64,000 nt of DNA from Oopsacas minuta (taxonomy: Eukaryota; Animalia; Porifera): positions 62,001 to 126,000 of the forward strand of contig JAKMXF010000341.1 in NCBI GenBank assembly GCA_024704765.1, read 5' to 3'. Under the pieces are notes generated by a model. That model worked only from the letters and a program-made list of their open reading frames with translations. It ran no database searches and was not told the DNA's origin. The position numbers and the translations under genes were made by a program. Below are positions 60,446 through 64,000 of the stretch, piece by piece; positions within the stretch are counted from its first letter, which is position 1; every line of letters begins with the position of its first letter.

Positions 60446-61734
60446 TTTCCGATTTTCAAATGTCTATTATGTAAATATAATGTTAGTTTATGAATATATA
60501 GTCAACAAATTTCAAAATTGTGGTAGAAACATGTTTGCTACGGTTAAGATTCTGAGTTTATGTACTCGAGGGCCATAACCCCGAGTGTGGACATGAATAG
60601 TGTTCGTAACCGCATAGCGCCAGCAAGCGAAGCGCGCTCGTGCAAAGTGGAACACAATATTTGAGTTTTGATAATATATATAATTATATATGGGTTACAT
60701 GCAAAATATTATTAATTAGAATAAATAGCTAGAAAATTAGTTTTATGCCAAATATCAATAGAAAATTGGAAATGGGGGAATTTTCCTATTATCTTCTCAA
60801 TCCAAAATTCTTAAAAGATTCAAATAGCTTTTTGAAGCTGTTGGTACATTTTTAATATCACGATTTATACCGAAAATTTGTAAAGAAGTTGTCTCAATGT
60901 AAATGAATTCCACATACGTATACAGAAACCTCTAGAAATTTCAATTTGCATCAAAGATTCAAAGCATATTTCAGCAAAGATTCATTTATTAATTGATACA
61001 ATAAATAATCTTATTAATCTATTTGAGTGCATTTCAGATAGTAATACTTCTTAGTCTACACTCCAAATAACGTATTTGATTATTTCTTAATTAAATTCGC
61101 ATTTGCCTTCATATTATGTGAACTAGCCCAGAATTCAATAAAGCAATTAGTATAGATGTTTGATATATCTAATGTATACAATGCACAAGTTTCAAATTAA
61201 ATTGGATAATTTCCAACAAAAAGTGAATTACGATTTGATTTATTTAAATATTATTTGGTAGTGAAAGGGTGTCGTGATTCTGATCTACATACGCATACAT
61301 GCCTGTCTGACAACCAGCTGACTGAATGATTATTTCATCACTAAACGAGAGTTGTATTCATCTGATTTAACGTATATTTTGGTGTGTCAACCAACTTTTG
61401 GTTTTCTTGTGAGTTGCATAGGATTAATCAATCATCATCTACAGTAGGAGTAGGTAAACTCCTGTGGGTGTCTGGGACGATTTGATTGAGGAGTGTTATG
61501 ATTTGCTTCTATACTATATGTTACGCATAAAATTATAATCTAATTAACTCACCTCATTATAAGCATACCAATATTACGTATTTAGTATTCTATTATTAAA
61601 CAGCTTAACATTTACATTCTGTATAAGCCGATTAGTATAGGTAATAGCTTATATCCTACATAGGTAACCTAGTTAATTTGTACAAGCTTTACTCTTCAAC
61701 TCAAATGAACTCCTTGGTAATTTTTTCTGTGATA

Positions 61735-61889
61735 CAGTGAAACCTGGATAAACCGACAACTGTAATAATCTGAGTGTTTCTTCTCCGAAATAGCTTCCGA
61801 AAATACAAATTCACCTGTATAATCCGACAATTTGCTAAACCGACAAATTTTCATTTCCCAACGAGTGTCGATTTATGCAGGTATCACTG
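61735..61889. mobile_element. 155-bp Tc1/pogo-like MITE, TA TSD
   Basis: TIRs CAGTGAAACCTGGATAAACCGACA / CAGTGATACCTGCATAAATCGACA (21/24) flanked by TA. Confidence 0.85.
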
Positions 61890-63009
61890 TATTCACAGCC
61901 CAGACGGTTAATAATCATATACAAAATTATATACGTATGAAATTCAAAATGGTAATACAAATAAATTAATATACAAAAGCGTATCATTCGGATTAAGCAA
62001 ATCAAAAAGGCCAACTCTCACGGGCTATCCGTGAGTGAAGTGAAACCTCCAAGCCATTTATTCGCTGTACATATTGATGCAGAGAGGCCAAATCTCAAGC
62101 TTGGTGAGACGCTAGGTTGGCATTTATGCCGTACCAGTATGAGATAAGTTGGCCCAGATTATAGAATTCTATTTACTTTTGAACATTCCAATTAATATAT
62201 TAATTAAAATACTTATAATTGACATGCACTTAGGTTAAAACATTTGTATATATCATAGATTGATTTTTTGCATCAGCAAATATTTTGAAGTAATCAATAT
62301 TTGGCGGACATAGAAATAGCTCATCAATTTCCATAATTGTTTTATACTTAAATCGTCCAAAATAGTGCAAAATGTCGGTAGCCAAATGTGAATATTCTGT
62401 TGTATCTATTATCATCATTTTATTAAAATGAATCGTAATATTTTCCCTAACTAATATATTTGATACTTAGTTATTCTTAGTTGGCCAAAACAGGCTAAAG
62501 TTGTGCAGAGATCTTCACTGACTGTAGATTATATATTTTTGTGCATTGTAATTACTAAAACCAAGTAGAATAAGTCGAATCATACAAGTTTTGAAAAATA
62601 AATATAGTCTAAAGGTGGATGACTTCCTGTTTTGATGCATAAAAATTGATTTTTCTGATGTTCAAATTTCTAGAAATATCTACGTATATACTCAATGCAT
62701 TTATTAACTTAATAACATTTGTGGATTCATTGGTGCTTAATCTTTATTTCATTGCGTATTTTAAATTAATATAAGATCTAGTAATTAAGACAGAGCTATC
62801 CCTTCGCTTATCATTATTGTAGGGAATGGCCTCCCACTTTTCAGCCCCTCCGGCAACTGATTTTATTTAATTATAAATAGAATTTTGAAAATCTTTTATA
62901 GCATTGCTAACTACACAAATAAAATTTACAATAAAATTATATTTTGATTATTTGCAGGAACACACGAATAATTAGCGCAATTATTAGCGGATTAAATATC
63001 GAATTAATC

Positions 63010-63324
63010 CTAATAACTCTCTTCATGAAATTGATCCAACATTCCCATCAGCTCGAGATACATCTTGGTTTCTTGTAGCCGGTCAAGCTCGAGAAGGAGG
63101 TGCTGATACTCTAGTTGCAGTTCTTGTTTCTCCTCTTCCAACGCTAATTCGTATTGCTTTTGCTTGTTTCGTTGTGCCTTGTTATACTGACTCATCTTTT
63201 TGAGTCGTCGCGAGTATTTCATCTCTTTGGCCTCCTCGGGGCTAATATCATTCACTTTAATGAAATTATTCAATTGTTTTATGTCAATTTCCGCAAACAG
63301 ATAATGGAATTGATCGGTGGCCAT
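63010..63324 (-). CDS. Small divergent Maf-type bZIP protein, 104 aa
   Basis: IDIKQLNNFIK..DISPEEAKEMKYSRRLKKMSQY aligns with the Maf extended homology region (SVRELN...SKEEV..LKQ.RR.LKNRGY) and is followed by a leucine zipper LEEEKQELQLEYQHLLLELDRL. Confidence 0.75.
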   Translation of the reverse strand: MATDQFHYLFAEIDIKQLNNFIKVNDISPEEAKEMKYSRRLKKMSQYNKAQRNKQKQYELALEEEKQELQLEYQHLLLELDRLQETKMYLELMGMLDQFHEESY

Positions 63325-64000
63325 CTTGTTCAGAATGCTTATTCCCTGAAATGTTTTTACTTAATATTTGTCCCTCGTGTCTATATTTATACTTGTGTGT
63401 TTCGACCGAACTAAACGCAATCACTGGAGTGCGAACTGCAATACAGTGCTATCACCTCCAATGCCATTACCATTGCTAATTAATAGTACAGTACACATAT
63501 ATATGTATATCACTTCTATCCTCAGCGACAGCAGGCTGTAAGTCTGGAAAGGTTGAAACTCACAAAAAGGAATTCATGTGATTTTAAAATCATAAATAGA
63601 ACTAGACAGTCTTTCTAGATTAATAGGATATGCCATTGAAAACCAACCTCACTTAAGGTAATATGAGATTGTATAGTGGAATAATACAACATGAACCAGT
63701 GACATTCCCACAGATGATGAAAGCGGATCATTTTCATAGTCTTAACATTTTTGACAACAATTCACTCAAAAATATAGCAAACATGATCAAAATATGTTAA
63801 CATTAAATACGTACAGTAGTGTATTAAATTAATGTATTTGATATTTTGCTTGCGTTGCTTTTGTTCTACGTACTGCAGTTACAAGTATAAATATCGATAT
63901 AAGGGAGAATAATTAAACAAAAATAATACAAACCAGATGGACAGTTCATTTTACAACATGATTGCGGATGTTGAGGTTAAAAAACTCAATCATTTTATTA

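Overview
AT-rich, compact eukaryotic (animal) genomic DNA, not prokaryotic. Spliceosomal GT-AG introns, metazoan gene families and intronless housekeeping genes suggest an early-branching animal. A glass sponge is my guess, but it cannot be verified from the sequence. Left part: CEP152-like centriolar gene with an internal 111-bp tandem expansion, TTC36, 3-exon STK36/Fused, eIF3e and a PIERCE-family ciliary gene. Centre (21281-50954, minus strand): what the ORF track shows as many separate ORFs can be assembled by hand into ONE 20-exon gene. All 19 introns are GT-AG and every splice phase is consistent, giving about 5,210 aa. The predicted product is a type I membrane protein: signal peptide, vitellogenin/large-lipid-transfer module, amphipathic helical region, degenerate M23/LECT2-like domain, poly-Asp tract, SAP-like motif, Asn-Gly-Thr repeat, PAN/apple domain, long FN3-like array, GPS-like region, cadherin-like domain, EGF repeats, TM helix and short tail. 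Its largest intron (5.8 kb) hosts a same-strand intronless 7-TM gene with gustatory-receptor-like topology and a hAT transposon interrupted by a ~1-kb assembly gap. Right part: cystinosin, a divergent Maf-type bZIP, and repeat-rich intergenic DNA with several MITE families. No rRNA, tRNA or CRISPR was recognised. Family assignments come from remembered motifs, not from database searches.
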